From Octopus sinensis (taxonomy: Eukaryota), in the NCBI RefSeq assembly GCF_006345805.1, contig NC_043010.1:58156001-58220000 (forward strand): a stretch of 64,000 bases of DNA. Direction: 5' to 3'. A program made the position numbers and the translations under genes. Shown in pieces: positions 1-12,442 of this stretch. The notes below the pieces were generated by a model, which was not told where the DNA came from, searched no databases, and worked only from the letters and a program-made list of their open reading frames with translations. Numbering within the stretch: position 1 is the stretch's first letter; each line of letters begins with the position of its first letter.

Positions 1-159
1 TTACCTAACACTCTGTTGTACCCCTAGTGCAAAACCAATTGGTAAGAACAGCCATGATGGATATACAATACTGTACACTTCAGATAATAGACCCACTTTT
101 TTGACAGATATACAAGTGCATCTTTTTCCTGACTTATGAAATTTTAGACAACGTGTGTG

Positions 160-211
<52 letters not shown>

Positions 212-1244
212 ATATATTATATGCCATAGCAATGTTGATGAGCTGATGTGAAGCACTTGTATTTCAGTTCCACTGCATTAATGTTTTACTCACTGTCACC
301 GTTGTCTCTGATGTTGTGTCTTACCACTATAATCACTGTGCTTTATATGTAAACCAATTAAACACTATTGTCACCAGGTCAGTTGTGACCTGGTCTAGTA
401 GAACTCATTCAGTTCTCAACTATAGGTTAACTAGCATGCCATGGAATTGTCTCCAAAAGAAGGTCACTCACAGACTCCCGAATGGACCCATGGCCAATGA
501 GCTCCTTCAGCTCTTTAATAGGTCATTGAAGAGAAGGCAACTCCGTACAAATCCTGCATCCTGATAACTACTGGGCTCGTGGCACCAAATCAATACAAAC
601 CATGCAAACCACTATAATAATAATAATAGTCATCATACAAGATGTACATCAGACCAAGACACCAGCACCAAAGAGAACTGTGTAGTTGTGTCTTGTTCAT
701 TCCCCTGCAAACCCACCAAACTTTCTTGGTGAGACGGTGTGGTTATTGGGGACCCTGTAGGATGGAAAAGAGAGAAGAACCCAGGAGAGCAAATGGCCAT
801 CCAGCATGGTGTAAATAATGAAAAGAGGATGATTACCCTGTATGTGGAAAGAAGACCAGAATGAAAGGACATTACAAGGGTGAGAGGAGGGGGATCTGGA
901 ATATCACTAGAATGGACGTCGCTAATGCCACATTTTCGTATTCAGCAATTGAAAGTATGAATAGTGTGGTCGAATGAAGCACCAGAGTTGGATGTGGAAG
1001 GCAGTTGTTCCATGAACCACGACTGGTTGGAACTGGTTGTTGAACAGCATCAAAGGATGATGATGAGGGGGGGGGGGAGTTGCTGAACCTTAATTTGTTA
1101 GAGAAACAACTGATCCCAACAATTAACTACACCTTATAACACCACTCTATACAATGTATATTGTATAGTGCCATTCTATCGAAGCTACTCTATTCAATAC
1201 TGTTATACTATGCCATCACATCATTTAAGCCACTCCAATGCCTA

Positions 1245-1473
1245 TTTCTTTACTACCCACAAGGGGCTAAACACAGAGAGTACAAACAAGGACAGACAAA
1301 CAGATTAAGTCGATTATATCGACCCCAGTGTGTAACTGGTACTTAATTTATCGACCCCAAAAGGATGAAAGGCAAAGTCGACCTCGGCAGAATTTGAACT
1401 CAGAACGTAACGACAGACAAAATACCGCTTGGCATTTCACCCGGCATGCTAACGTGTCTGCCAGCTCACTGCC
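1245..1473 (-). mobile_element. tRNA-derived SINE, family C (central domain GCCTTTCATCCTTT.GGGGTCGATAAA, MetaSINE-like from recall)
   Basis: Minus strand reads GGCAGTGAGCTGGCAG...GAGTTCAAATTCTGCC (B box). Near-identical copies at 24897-25133, 48688-48862, 57075-57297 and 63497-63678. Lies in the intron downstream of the protocadherin exon. Confidence 0.8.
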
Positions 1474-2843
1474 TTAAATACCACTCCAACAACACTTGAG
1501 TATTACACTGTTTAAACCACTACATCTTCATCTCTGCTCCATTGACAGGAGTGCAATGCCAGAGGTGAGTGCTTGACAGTAACTTGTTGTTGAAGAGTTG
1601 CAGAAGAAGTGTGTCACCTTGTAGCAGACCACAATCAGTAGTGTTATCCTGCACATCACTGTTTCATGTTGGTTGCTGTTGCTGCAACATGCAATACATG
1701 CAGTATAAATGCACTGATATATGGTGTGACGAGTGCACATTCAGGCTGCAACACATTGCAATGCCTGTCAGCTGACACATTTACAACACACAGAACACCA
1801 AATGCAAGTGTGCAACAATGTTTTATGCTGTGCAGTAATGCATGTTTGCATAATAATCCACAGCAGCAACTGTAAGAGTGCAGCTAAATTGCAGTAGAGT
1901 TGCAGTATTAGCTGGCACAACATGTGACAGTGGCATGTTTACATGTGTGTGTGTGTGCATGCGTGTGTGTGTGTGTGTTTTGTATATGATTTTGTGACAT
2001 AATCTATTTTTTATATATAACTTAGTCCACAGAGGCTCCCCCATGTGCCTCAATGAAGGAAAGGAGAAAGTTATCCTGAAACGGAGAGGGCCCTGAATGT
2101 TTGTAAAAGAAGGGACACAGTTAAAGGCACACAAGGTCCACGTGTTGGTACTAACATGTGAGATTGAGTCATTTTACTGAGCCACTTTACAATGTGACAC
2201 CCTCCTGTGTGCAGTTTCACATAGCTATTTATCTGTCTGTCTGTCTGTCTATCTAACGCAGTATCTCTCTATCCTCTCTCTCTCTCTACACACACATTTG
2301 CTGTGTTTTCCTTGTGCTCTTCAGAATGGTCATTTCTGTAGCAGCAGCAGCAGCACAATCCTTGTACCCTCCCCCTACCCGCCACCACCACCACCTCTTC
2401 AACAACAGGAGTTGTTCTCCTCTACACTGAAATATACTCATGTATTACAGAGAGAAATCTTCCAACCGTTTTCATCCTACTTCTCTCCTTTATTCCTAAG
2501 CTACTTCTCTTCATACCATCACTGCAACCTTTCTTCGTCTTCATTTCTCAGTATCTATTTTTAGATTTGACAAATTATGACCAGATTCTATCATGACACT
2601 CCAAGAACACAATAACCAGAATATTTACCATCCTTTGTAGATTTCTGGTGTTGACCTAGCACCACCCAGATATATAGCCCTGGTGTTATGGTTACATACA
2701 GTTGTTTGTGTGATACTTTCTAAAGTCCAATAATTTCTCCTTCTCTGGCAATTATTCCATAGATATGGAATCAGCAAGAATGCAAGAAAATGCTTTGCAA
2801 ATATCAAACTTGTGCTCAACCTTCAAATAAGCCAAACGTTTAT

Positions 2844-2852
2844 ACTTACCAA
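2844..2852 (-). promoter_or_regulatory. 5' splice donor of protocadherin exon
   Basis: Minus strand TTG|GTAAGT; intron starts at 2849, phase 0. Confidence 0.85.
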
Positions 2853-5270
2853 CAGCACAGATGCAGGCCTCCTTTCAGACGTTGAAGTGGTCCACTCACT
2901 TTGGGACTCATACTGAGGATAAAATTCCCGACTTGATTCCATAAATTGAGTGTTTCTGTTCTTCATTTCGGAATGTCTTGATGCTGGGACAGGTTTTTTT
3001 GTCAGAGATATGAAATGACTTTTTTCTCTATTGGCTGGGATGGTGGTACTAATTTCAGTTGGTTCCAAGTGGCTACGACCATTGTTACATCTGACAATAC
3101 ACAGGGTTATTGATACTACAATGGCCACTGAGGCTATTACAGCGGCCGTTACAATAACAATGACCCAGGTCAAGTTAATCATGTGGTCAGTCTGTAATGG
3201 AACATTGTTCAGTGCTGGAGATGTCTTGTTGCTAACGGTCAGTGTTAAAGACACCATGGTTGTCACTGAGAGAACAGGGGTCCCACTGTCTTTCACAACG
3301 AATTTCAAGTCATAGGTACCAGCATCATTTTGGTAAACTGTCCGAGCAAAAGACAGTGCCCCAGAATAGGGGTTTATTGCAAATAACTGTTTGTTGTTGC
3401 CTTTTACTATGTCATATTTAAGGAATGCATTTAAATGACTGTCCCTGTCTGAAGCCCTTAAAATAGTGATCTCTTTTTTACTTTGGGGATGATAGTGGAC
3501 ATTTAAACTGAAAGGGTCCGAACTAGGGAAGGTGAAATAAGGGGCATTATCATTCTCATCTAAAACTTCTACAATCACATTGGCTGTGTTATTTAATGAA
3601 GGATTCCCGTTGTCTTTGACAAATACTTGGAACTTATAAACATTTTGTTGTTCTCTATCCAGTGGTATAGTGGTTGAGATAAAACCATAATCAGTTATCT
3701 GGAATGGTATCACATGTTTACTGGTACTCAACAGAGAAAAAGTCAGTTGACCTCCAGCTCCCATATCGGGGTCAGTAGCATTTATAAAACCAATGGGGAA
3801 GTTTGTTTTCCCATTTTCATAAGTCAGAAATTTAAACGATTCTTTTGTAAATTGTGGCTGTACATCGTTGACATCCATTACTTCAATGGAGAACTGTCTC
3901 TGAGTCTGTAAAGGAGGGGATCCTTTGTCTTCGCAAGAAATTGTTATGTCATACCTATCTTGTTTCTCTCTGTCCACAGGTTTCCTCAATGTTACCTTAT
4001 ATTCATTTGAACCTAAATCTAAGAGAAGAAATTTTTCATGTTCTAAAGAACATTCCACCTCACCATTCTGTCCAACATCATTGTCAATAACACTGACATA
4101 AGCTATGAAACTGCTAACTTTGATTCCTTCAGAAATGGCTGCTGTATTCTCTTTTATCTGAGTGACAAAGTTGACATCTATTTCTGGAGCCATGTTGTGT
4201 TGGTTAACAATATTTACCAGAACCATGGCTATAGAACTGAGAGGGGAGCTACCTTGATCAGTAGCTCGCACAAACAATTTATAAGCTTGCTTCCGTTCTA
4301 AAGAAATGTCTTTTTGGAGAAATATTTCTCCAGTGACTTGATTCAGTCGAAAATGAGATTTGACAGCCTCTGGAGTCTCTGAACTGAAATAATAAGAAAC
4401 ATGGCCATTTTCCCCAAAGTCTGAGTCTTTTGCTGACAAAATAACGACTGGTTTGTTCCTTTGGTATGTATTTTGTATAGAAATATTATAAATATCATTA
4501 TTAAACACTGGTGCATTGTCATTAACATCTGTCACAGTTATTTTCACATCTAAAGTACTTTGTTTAGGTGGATAACCTCCATCTTTGGCCACCACGCGAA
4601 TATTATAGGAATCTTTCACTTCTCTGTCAAGTTTTCTCTCCAAAACAATTCCAAGTTCTGACCTGCCACTTATAGTTTTTCTAACAGACAACGTGAAAGG
4701 GCATGATGCCTTCTCAGAGCTGCGTTCTATCTGATAAGTAATTTTCGAATTGACCACACCAACGTCCTTGTCTACAGCATTAGGAATGGATTTCCTCATG
4801 CCCTTTCCATCGCCTTCATCAAACTGAAGGCTGACCAGTTTTTTGGCAAACTCAGGTTTGTGGTCATTTATGTCCACAATGACCACTTTCACCTTCAATA
4901 TTTTCATGAAAGTTTCATCTTGGTGGATGGCAATTTTGAAAATGCGGAAACATTCCATATTATATGTACATAGTTTCTCGGCATCTAATGTCTGTGCCGT
5001 GTACAGCTTACCTGCCTTTGTCACGTTGAACAACTGGTGTTTGCCATTGCGACGTGGCTTCAATTGGTTAAATGTCACTAAGTTGTGATCTTGGAATGGT
5101 AAACTGTCTCTTAAGTGGGAGTCAGCAGCAATGTCCCCGAGGTAAGTGCCCGAGTATTTCTCCTCCTCCACATGATAGGTAAGGTCAATGCTGTGGCAGC
5201 CGGTCAGCCAGGAAAATAATAATATCGCCGACTGTAGTGTCCACATAGACACCCCATTGATGACATTCAT
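2850..5270 (-). CDS. Protocadherin, large ectodomain exon: signal peptide, 6 cadherin repeats, TM, proximal cytoplasmic tail (3' partial)
   Basis: 815-aa ORF. N-terminal hydrophobic signal. EC1 has the C-x5-C motif (LCTYNMEC). Repeated DxD, LDRE and DxNDNxP motifs (DINDHKP, DVNDNAP, DVNDVQP, DENDNAP). TM WVIVIVTAAVIASVAIVVSITLCIV. ACCATG start context. A phase-0 donor TTG|GTAAGT follows 2850; without splicing the ORF runs 8 more codons to the stop at 2823-2825. Family call is secure; the specific paralogue is not identifiable. Confidence 0.95.
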
Positions 5271-5302
5271 GGTTCAATCTCCACTCACAGCACTGACAGC
5301 TT

Positions 5303-5332
5303 CTGAAAAAAAATCAAACAGAAAAAGAGATG
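5303..5332 (-). promoter_or_regulatory. 3' splice acceptor upstream of protocadherin ATG
   Basis: Minus strand TCTTTTTCTGTTTGATTTTTTTTCAG|AAGCTG. The exon starts at 5302, 32 nt before the ATG, which implies an upstream 5'UTR exon. Confidence 0.8.
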
Positions 5333-5464
5333 AAGACACGATTTCACCTGACACGTCATTTACAAAACACACACAAGTTATGTCTGTGTTACAGGCTATG
5401 TTACATCTTTGATACATTACAGTTCAGGATATAATCTTGGAGATGTGTTACATTATATTTCATA

Positions 5465-6494
5465 CTAGCATTAAAGACCCGTCGTTGCCGGGTCATAGTG
5501 CTAGTGCATGTATATATGTGTATATATATGTGTACATATTACATGTACATCTATATATATACATCTACACGTAAAATACAAAATGCAAAGTTATATCTTG
5601 ATATCGCTAGTGATAATAATACTCAAAATATATAACAGACTGGAATTGTTAGCCCGTCTCTTGTAATTTCGATCAATTGTATCTTGTCCTCCCTCTTGTA
5701 TAGAAGTGTGGCTACAATCCAGCCTACCTCTACTTCTGGGGGAGGAGGGCATTTTAAATTTTTTTCCGGGACCTCCTACGTCCCAGATATAAAGGTAAAA
5801 ATAAAATGCTTCCACTTTGCAAGTTTGAGTCGAGTACTCCCTTGCACGCTCCGTTGACTCGAACCTTGCTTCTATTGTGGCGAATTTACCGCCTCTGATT
5901 AGATAACTTTCATAGTCGCACCAAGACACTTTTCGAGGGTGCTTTCCTCCACGTGTTCAAATCTTCTTTTTTCTTTTCATTGTATACTTTATAGACAATA
6001 GTTTTTTCTTTAATTAAATTTTTTATTATCCATTTTTTATTATTCCATTTCTGCATGCTAATTTTATTTTTAATTTATTCCCATTCATGTGAAACCACTT
6101 ATTCAAGTTCAAGTCATTGATGCAATTTTATACCAATTTCTATTTTTACTTTTTTTTTATGTTACGATTATATTATACTTTAGTTTGATTTTAATTATTA
6201 CTTACTACATATAATTCAATTGTTATTATTATTTTTATTGTTATCTGACATAAAATAGAGAAATGTTTTTGTTTCACTTTTAACACGTAATACTGAAATA
6301 GTGGGGAAGATATGATATTGCTATGGGCTCGCTCTAGGCAAGAAGTTGAACATTTTTTTTTGGCCCATGAAACTACATGGACCCTAAGTAAGGCATGTGT
6401 AAAATTTGAATGAAATTGGTTGTGTAGTTCTCAAGTTTTAGGGAAACACAGACAGACAGACAGACACACATTCTCAGTTTTATATATATAAAGA
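5465..6494 (-). mobile_element. Non-autonomous Helitron (~1.03 kb)
   Basis: Minus strand begins A|TCTTTATATATATAAAACTGAGAATGTGTGTCTGTCTGTC and ends GACCCGgcaacgaCGGGTC (6-bp hairpin, 5476-5494) ...GCTAG|T. This gives a 5' TC, a 3' CTAG, a subterminal hairpin and insertion between A and T, with no TSD. Confidence 0.8.
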
Positions 6495-7888
6495 TAAAGG
6501 GCTATGAGTCTGACAAACAACAACAACAACAGCAATGATGGTGTACCACCACCACCACCACCACCACCACCCTGCTATTTCCATCTCAGATTTGCTACAT
6601 TTGTATTTCTGTAGTATTTGATTTTGATTTTTCCAGTTTCAGCTAATGAGCTGTGGCCATGCTGGGGCACCGCCATGTATATGTCAATTATTTAACTGAA
6701 TCTTTAGTCATGATTTGTGTGTAAGTTCCGAGGATCTCCCCTTGTCACTGCCACCATCCATTGTTACTCTCTAATCTCTCTATAAATCATTTTCCATTCA
6801 AATCCCTTCCAACCCAATCCTTTCTCCTATACAATTAAACCGACGCCTTTTAAAGCCCAGCCATAATGTAAGGGAGCTAATCCATGTTAACCAAAAAGCG
6901 TCAACAAAGGGAGAGAACCGCTTGTTAAATTGTTAGAACCGCCCTACGATCCCTAGAACTCCTCAACAATTAGACCCCTTAATATTGTATTTAATTAATT
7001 CATTTATCCAAATAATATTTACCTGTTGTACATAAATTTTATTTTCGAAGCAATTTCACTTAACAAGTGACCATATATGAGGCAGTTTCTTGAATACTTT
7101 CTGTCATGAAGAAAATAACCGATCACTGATGAGAGGATAAATACCACCAAAACTAGCTGAGTCGATCTTCTGATTTACAGACCACATTGTGGACAAATGA
7201 AATCTGAATTGACTCGTTTTAGTACATTTCATTGCCCGGCTGTGTGTTTTCCTGATGGCGGCCCAGCTTGGCATATGCCCTAGCCTACATACATACATAC
7301 CTACAAATACACATATATATGTATATATGTGTGCACGTATGGATGTATATGTGTGTGTAGGTAGGTAGGTACGTAGATAAATAGATAGATAGATAGAAAG
7401 GGTGGGGGAGATGTGCTAGCGTTGCCCATTGCATGATGAGTATGCTTGGGAGTAGGTTTTTGTCATAACGAGCGATATCAAGAAATATGACAAACATACA
7501 ATAATTGTAATCTTTTATAAATTTTTTTAGAGTTTATATATATCAATGAAAAGAATTCAAATTTCCAACAGAAAAATATTTATTACCAAAAAACAAAACT
7601 GAATTAAGCATTAATACACTCATTTAGTCTAATGTCTCTATTCTTCTTTCTCCCACACTGTGTATGTGTGTGAGGGTTGGTGGTTAGTGTTCCCTTATTC
7701 ATTGCCTGCCCCCAAGCATAGTATGTGCACTCATTCAATACCTCTTACATTGACTCTTTCTATTCTCTATTTCACTTTCTTTCTACCTCACTCTGCATCA
7801 CATCAAGGATGACTACAGAAATCTACCAATCGGAAAACAGAAAAAAAAACCAACCAACAATCACACACACACACACACATACATTACA

Positions 7889-8240
7889 GTGAGCTATCTG
7901 CATGATTACACATACACGGATGTCCATACATACATACATACATGCATACATACACACATATATATATACATACATACATACATACCTCATACATACACAC
8001 ATACATACATACATACGTACAGATATATACATACATACATCATATATACATATATATATCATGCATACATACATACATACACACATATATACATACATAC
8101 ATCATACATACATACATGCATATATACATACATACATACATACATATATATACATACATACATACAGACAGACATACATACATACACACATATATACATA
8201 CATACATACATATACATACATACATACAGACAGATATAGC
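7889..8240. repeat. (TACA)n/(TA)n compound microsatellite
   Basis: Visible tandem tetra- and dinucleotide repeats; the source of the HTYI/MYVC pseudo-ORFs. Confidence 0.95.
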
Positions 8241-9144
8241 TGACTTCTGTGATGGTACATACTTCTTGTTATATGTATGGATGTGTGTATGCATCTATTC
8301 AGCTGTGTGTGTATCTGTGTGTGGGATTATAGTGTGTGCGTGTGTATGCAGGTGCGTGTGTGTGTGTGTGTGTGTGTGGTGCTGTACATCAACAGAGAAT
8401 GTAACAATGATGTAAGGGAAATAATCTATTACCTGTAACTTCACACAAGGGAAGCAACCTAGTATTTCTAGCCTTTCCCACTCGAAATTTATTTAAATTT
8501 ATGCAAACATTTTCCACAGTCTTACATTAATCTCACCCAAAAAACATTTCATTTCTTCAACTCTCATATATACAATTAAGAAATTAATTAATGCCTCACA
8601 CTCACAAATAGTTTTATAATATTAATTTCACAATAGTTTATCATAATAAAATAACTGTCTTAGTGTTTATAGCATAACAGGAAGATATGTATACGAAAAT
8701 ACTTCTACTACAATGCTGTAACTTAGTGCTATAGTACTAAAATAGTACAGGGTACTATTATACTGCTCTGCTCTCTTCTAATACCGTGGCCTATGAGAAA
8801 ATTGTTTTAGTCTTTGCTTGAATATTTTTTAAAATGCAAATTTGAGAAGACCTGTTTAGTTCTGTCCTGGCTTGTGTATAATCTAAATAGGGATATAATA
8901 CTGATCTCCTCTATAATGGGGTGAGAACATGTAGGATTGATTCCTGATAAAGGAGAAATATATACTAAAAATAGCCAGGGTAAGTGAATTCGTTCCCATG
9001 ATTCCCTTTGTCTCCCCCTCTCTCCTCTCTACACACACACAGATACAGAAACACATACACATCTATATATTTGGGCGTATGTATGTATGTGTGTGTGTGT
9101 ATATATATATATAATATATTATAATATATATATATATATATATA

Positions 9145-9538
9145 TTCTTTTACTCTTTTACTTGTTTCAGTCATTTGACTGTGGCCATGCTGGAGCACCG
9201 CCTTTAGTCAAGCAAATCGACCCCGGGACTCACTCTTTGTAAGCTCTGTACTTATTCTATTGGTCTCTTTTGCCGAACCGCTATGTTACGGGGACGTAAA
9301 CACACCAGCATCGTTTGTCAAGCAATGCTAGGGGGACAAACACACACACACATACACATATATATACATATATACGACAGGCTTCTTTCAGTTTCCGTCT
9401 ACCAAATCCACTCACAAGGCATTGGTTGGCCCGGGGCTATAGCAGAAGATACTTGCCCAAGATGCCACGCAGTGGGACTGAACCCAGAACCGTGTGGTTA
9501 GTTAGCAAGCTACTTACCACACAGCCACTCCTACGCCT
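9145..9538 (-). mobile_element. tRNA-derived SINE, family A, full length
   Basis: Minus strand GGAGTGGCTGTGTGGTAAG (A box), GGGTTCAGTCCC (B box), CATCTTGGGCAAG core, internal (TA)/(TG) tract and GTAAAAGA tail. Many copies in the window. Confidence 0.9.
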
Positions 9539-9603
9539 ATATATATGTATATATATGATTGATTGATTCTAGTTTCAGCTTATGAGCTGTGGCCATATAT
9601 GTA

Positions 9604-9647
<44 letters not shown>

Positions 9648-9667
9648 ATAATATATATATATATAAA

Positions 9668-9990
9668 GTGAAGGCGCATCGCTCAGTGGTTAGAGCGTCG
9701 AGCTTAAGATCATGAGGTTGGACTGGGCTGCATGTTGTGTTCTTGTGCAAGACACTTTACTTCACGTTACTCCAGTTCACTCAGCTGTAGAAATGAGTTG
9801 CGACGTCAGAGGTGCCAAGCTGTATCGGCCCCTTTGCCTTTCCCTTGGATAACACTGGTGGCAAGGAAAGGGGAGGCTGGTATGCATAGGTGACTGCTGG
9901 TCTTTCATAAACAACCTTGTCCGGATTTGTGACTGGGAGGGCAACTTTGTAGGTGAAATCCCATGGTCAGTCATGACAGAAGGGGGTCTC
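9668..9990 (+). mobile_element. tRNA-derived SINE, family B
   Basis: Head GAAGGCGCATCGCTCAGTGGTTAGAGCG; body CTTGTGCAAGACACTTTACTTCAC...CACTCAGCTG. Reverse-orientation relatives at 35550-35825, 38880-39160 and 50335-50606. Confidence 0.75.
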
Positions 9991-10007
9991 AGCATGTATG
10001 TATGTAT

Positions 10008-10235
10008 ATTATTTACATTTGACGGATATTTATCCTCATCTTGTTTGTTGCTGACAACGTTTCCAGCCTTAATCAGGTGTCTTGGAGAAATTTCGAACCT
10101 GGGTTCTCATTCCTTAGGTATTTTTTAATGTTATTATAATTATTCAGGTCACTGCCTGGAATCAAACTCAGAATCTTGGGGTTATCCGTCAAATGTAAAT
10201 AATGTACATTAATCCTCATCTCTTAAATATAGAAC
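10008..10235 (-). mobile_element. Non-autonomous PLE-like fragment with inverted tail and decayed hammerhead
   Basis: 21-bp perfect inverted repeat (10008-10028 / 10183-10203). Minus strand CCTGATTAAGGCTG-GAAACGTTG. Homologous to 21045-21230. Confidence 0.55.
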
Positions 10236-10261
10236 TGTACATATAGATAAATCTATATATA

Positions 10262-10657
10262 GATGCAGGAGTGGCTGTGTGGTAAGTAGCTTGCTAACCA
10301 ACCACATGGTTCCGGGTTCAGTCCCACTGCGTGGCATCTTGGGCAAGTGTCTTCTGCTATAGCCCCGGGCCGACCAATGCCTTGTGAGTGGATTTGGTAG
10401 ACAGAAACTGAAAGAAGCCTGTCGTATATATGTATATATATATGTGTGTGTTTGTGTGTTTGTCCCCCTAGCATTGCTTGATAACCGATGCTGGTGTGTT
10501 TACGTCCCCGTCACTTAGCGGTTCGGCAAAAGAGACTGATAGAATAAGTACTGGGCTTACAAAAAAGAATAAGTCCCGGGGTCGATTTGCTCGACTAAAG
10601 GCGGTGCTCCAGCATGGCCGCTGTCAAATGACTGAAACAAGTAAAAGAGTAAAAGAG
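10262..10657 (+). mobile_element. tRNA-derived SINE, family A, full length
   Basis: Same A/B boxes, core and tail as 9145-9538, in the opposite orientation. Confidence 0.9.
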
Positions 10658-11848
10658 AGAGAGTAAGAGTATATATATATATATTATTTATATTATTATA
10701 TGATTGAACGCCACACATCCGCTTCCAAGTTTTATCTTAATAATTTTGATGTACACTACAATCTTTTCACTCTTTTGTTTTTCTCTTTCTCTCTCCCCAG
10801 TTTTTCTCACTTATCTTATCTCCAATTTTTTCCTCTCCCCTTCACAGTCCTGTTTGTCACTCTCTCTTCCTCCCTTGCGCACACCTGACCTTCAGCCATA
10901 TTTCTCCTACCTTGTGCTCCTTTCTTTCTCTCTCTTGTAGCTGGATCAAGGAAGACATCTCCTTGTCTGTCTCCAGTCCAACACTGATTTACACATTCAC
11001 CACCACAGCTTTGTTTCAGCTTAGCAGCCCTTCTGGTTTGTTTCCACTCTCCTGTTTGTGTTACCAATTTTGACCCTCTGCAAAATCCCAAATTTTAGTT
11101 AATTTGCTTTTAGGAGCAACTGTTTTACTGAAAACATACATTGTTGTTCATAGCTCGAAATACGAGACTAGAGAAACAGCCAACAACTGACGAAGGGTCG
11201 TTCTTTATGTTGTTTCTCTTGTTTTCCATTTGTGTCTTTTGTTGTTCAAAAAATACACAAACACAAACACAATGACACATACTATACAAATGCATGGATG
11301 TGTGTGTTTCTGCTAATGTTTGACCATCTCAACTTTAAACTGAATAAAATCATAATGTAGCAGTAGGAAGTGACCTCTATTGTTGAGTAACCCCTACCAC
11401 CAACAACACCAACATGACCACCACCATCTTCACCAACACCACCACACTCACAGACACAATTGCAATCACTCCCACTACTGCACATACCAACCACACCACC
11501 ATTACTATCATCTCCACAAAAAGTATGTGTGTGCGTGTGTAAGTACGTACGTACGTACATACATACATACATACATAATATCAAGGGCTATTAAACCACA
11601 TCCTTAATGGTATACAATTAAACCATTTTGTTTTTATTGAAGGAACTTCTCCTCCACTTCAAGAGTTCCATTAAATCATGGGGCTTTTACGCACTGTAAT
11701 AGCCCTTAATATAATGTATTTCATATTTAAAGAAAAGAATTAGATACCTCGTACTAATTTTTTCCTCAAGTGGTTTACACGCTGGCTACTCAATAAAATC
11801 TTATATAGGTCTTATCCTTATATTATATATATATATATATATATATAT

Positions 11849-11883
<35 letters not shown>

Positions 11884-12059
11884 CCGCATGTGTACTGTTG
11901 GCGATTTTTTTTTCCTCTGTCTTCCCTTCTCTGGATCTTTCCTTCTATGTTTCCGAGCTCCGCTCGAAACGTTGAACCCTCCTTCTTGCCTGACCGTCCA
12001 ATAATACTATATTTATTCCACGTCCTCGCGTTGTTGTGTTTTGTGCTTTTTGTTTATAT

Positions 12060-12345
12060 TAACTTCATATGTATATATATATATATATATTATATATATA
12101 TATATATAATATATAGATATATATATATATATACATATACATACATAAGATATAATATACATATAATATATCATACATATACATATATATATACATACAT
12201 ATACATATATATATACATACATATATATATGCATACATACATATATATACATACATATATTACATATATATACATACATATATATATGCATAAATCATAT
12301 ATATACATACATATATATACATACAGTATATACATACATATATTA

Positions 12346-12376
<31 letters not shown>

Positions 12377-12377
12377 G

Positions 12378-12408
<31 letters not shown>

Positions 12409-12442
12409 ACAACACATATATATATTATATATATATACACAT
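12060..12442. repeat. (TA)n/(TACA)n microsatellite array
   Basis: Visible tandem repeats. Confidence 0.95.

Noticed and set aside
316-1066. Possible LINE remnant (ELLQLFNRSL, GDPVGWKRE, (GAT)n end)
   Set aside because: Only faint motif resemblance; could not establish collinear RT motifs by eye. A Dfam or tblastn search would decide.
8404-8445. TGATGTAAGG...CCTGTAAC, and a similar string at ~8943-8975
   Set aside because: Both core segments are mutated; indistinguishable from chance in AT-rich DNA.
9668-9730. tRNA-like heads (A/B boxes) here and in SINE families A and C
   Set aside because: They continue into repeated SINE bodies and do not form a full cloverleaf; not tRNA genes.
11155-11200. 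CTCGAAATACGAG...CTGACGAAGGG hammerhead-like words
   Set aside because: Core halves are in an order and spacing that gave no consistent stems I-III.
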